From: Malacoraja senta
Taxonomy: Eukaryota
Assembly: GCA_038087875.1 (NCBI GenBank)
Contig: CM075989.1
Span: forward strand, 1,426,001 to 1,490,000
Direction of reading: 5' to 3'
DNA: 64,000 nucleotides
This document shows positions 62,039 through 64,000 of this stretch, in pieces. The stretch's first letter is position 1, and each line of letters opens with the position of its first letter. Below the pieces are notes generated by a model. The model saw only the letters and a program-made list of their open reading frames with translations, had not been told where the DNA came from and made no database searches. The translations under genes were made by a program, and so were the position numbers.

Positions 62039-62397
62039 AAATGCAGCACCTCTAACTTATCTGAATTAGAGGGCATTTGCCCTTCCTTGGCCCACTTGCC
62101 CAGCTGATTAGATCCTGCTGTAATTGCTGATACATTATCAATGCCTACGATGCCACCTACTTTTGTGTCTTCTGCAAACTTACTAATCGTGCCTTGTACA
62201 ACCTCATCTAAATCATTGATGGAAAACTTAAACAGCAATGGGCCCATCAGTGTTTCTGGTCATAGTGTTATACAGTATGGAAAAAGGCCCTTCATCCCAA
62301 CCGCAGTCCATGCCAACCAAGTTACTTAACCAAGCTAGTCACCTTTGCTTGTGCCTGTCCCGCTTTCTTCCAGATCTTTCCTATCCATGTACTTTTA

Positions 62398-62706
62398 GTT
62401 CAGCTCAGTTTGGACATACAATGCAGATACAGGTTCTTCAGCCCACCAGGTCTGTACCGACCAGCGATCCCCATATACTAACTTTATCCTACACATTAGG
62501 GACAACTTACAATATTTTACTGAAGCCAATTAACCTACAAACCTGTACGTATTTGGAGTGTGGGAGGAAACCGGAGATCCCAGAGAAAACTCACGGAGGG
62601 TCACAGGGAGAAAGTACAAACTCCCTACTGACATCACCCATAATCAGGATCAAACCCGGATCCCTCGCGCTGTAAGGCAGCAACTCACTGCTGCGCCACC
62701 GTGCCG
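62398..62706 (-). mobile_element. tRNA-derived SINE
   Basis: Family match. Confidence 0.8.
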
Positions 62707-62955
62707 CAAGAGGTGTTTTAATTATCACTAGACCAAGTGCAGACCCGTTGGGTCTGTTTCCCCAACGCGCGTTTGCGGGGGGGGGGGGGGGGGGCTGCGG
62801 CGTCACACTAACCACCGTTGGGTCTGTTCCTCCAAACCACGGTTGCGTGGTGGGAATCTGGCACCCACAAACACACACACTCATCACACCCCTTGATGTT
62901 ATCTTAATTTTATTAATTGGCTTCTTTATCCCATCTCCACCCTATCCACTGACGA

Positions 62956-63205
62956 ATAATAATAATAATAATAATAATTAATTTTATTTACGGGCGCCTT
63001 ATACCGAGGTCTCAAGGACACCTTACAGAGATTTATAGGAAACATATAATCAGAATTTAAAAATAAGTTATAAAGACCAATACACAAATCAGGGACAGAA
63101 TTCCTTCCAAAAAGACAAAAAAGACAATCAGAAACACAATTTGAGGAGAGAGCAGCGGCAACGAAACCGCGCCAGCGTCCACTCTCCCCTCCGACCGCCA
63201 TCTTG
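62956..63205 (-). mobile_element. Short (about 250 bp) retroposon with an L2-like (TAT)n tail
   Basis: Starts near AAGATGGCGG on the minus strand; second copy at 21770-21959. Confidence 0.72.
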
Positions 63206-63628
63206 AACACAGACTAACAAATACAATTACAAACAATTACATACAAAATTCATCCCCCCACAATGATTTCCACTGTGGGGAAGGCACAATGTCCAGTCCC
63301 CAGCCCCAGTTCACCCAAAAAAGTCAGGCCAAATGAAGCCCCCGCTATTGCCTCTACGGAGGCCCGATGATCCTGGCCGTTCTCGCCGGGTGATGTAGCC
63401 CCGGCGTCGGGAGAGTCCTCCAGCAGCTGGGCCACCTGGAACGGCCGCATCCCTCACCGGAGGCCGCAACTACGGCTGGAACGGCCGATTTCCCGCAGGC
63501 GTCCGCAGCACCTGAAGCCGACAAGGCCGCGCCGATTTGGAGCTCAAGGCTCCCGGTGTTGGAGTCGGCGCCGCCGCCCGCGGATGGTCGCTCCAGTCCG
63601 AATAGCCCTCACCTCTCAGGTGCGTCTA

Positions 63629-64000
63629 GAGGGGGGGGGGGCAGAGAGAGTGTGCACAGACAGTGGAAGAGAGAGAGAGAGAGAGAGGGCAGAGAAAAAG
63701 ATAAAGATCAAAGAGAGAGAGAGAGAGAGAGCAGAGATAGGGGTAGGGGGTAGAGGGGGAAGAGTGTGGATGGAGGGGGAAGAGTGTGGAGGGGGAAGGG
63801 GGTGGGGGAGAGAGGGAAGGGGATGGGGGAGGGAAGGGGGTGGGGGGAGAGGGAAGGGGGTGGGAGAGGGAAGGGGGTGGGGGAGAGAGGGATGGGGTGG
63901 GAGGAGGAGGGGGGGAGAGGGAGAGGGTGAGAAGAGTGAGATGGAGAGGAGGAGGAGAGAGGGATGGGGAGGGGGAGAGAGGGATGGGGGAGGGGTAGAA
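63629..64000. repeat. Polypurine (GA/G-rich) low-complexity tract
   Basis: (GA)n and GGGA/GGGGT runs to the end of the window. Confidence 0.92.

Noticed and set aside
63556..63998. E/G/R-rich ORFs
   Set aside because: Translation of a polypurine low-complexity tract.

Overview
Repeat-dominated eukaryotic DNA, not a prokaryotic locus. The repeat content suggests a cartilaginous fish, probably a skate or ray (inference): CR1/HER1-type LINEs with (TTTCTATG)n tails, HE1/V-SINE-like tRNA-derived SINEs, Penelope fragments, and Rex1/L2- and L1/Tx1-type pieces. Almost all ORF-track entries are decayed transposon frames or antisense noise. The main structures are: (1) three end-to-end DIRS1-type tyrosine-recombinase retrotransposons with intact ITR/ICR termini but broken ORFs, two of them a close tail-to-tail inverted pair (2371-6547 and 8679-12778); (2) a third, divergent DIRS copy (45598-52177) carrying a nested, internally deleted CsRn1-like Gypsy element and a 7 x 36-bp hairpin array ahead of its RT; (3) a Penelope insertion with an inverted arm, a 14-bp TSD and hammerhead motifs; (4) two PIF/Harbinger-like MITEs; (5) a composite insertion that duplicates a CR1 3' end plus 210 bp of unique flank. 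In the gaps between repeats, candidate micro-exons and an acidic terminal exon (26927-27044, ending EVTDC*) suggest the 3' end of an unidentified plus-strand host gene. I found no clearly new biological system. Repeat boundaries are approximate unless a TSD or terminus is quoted.
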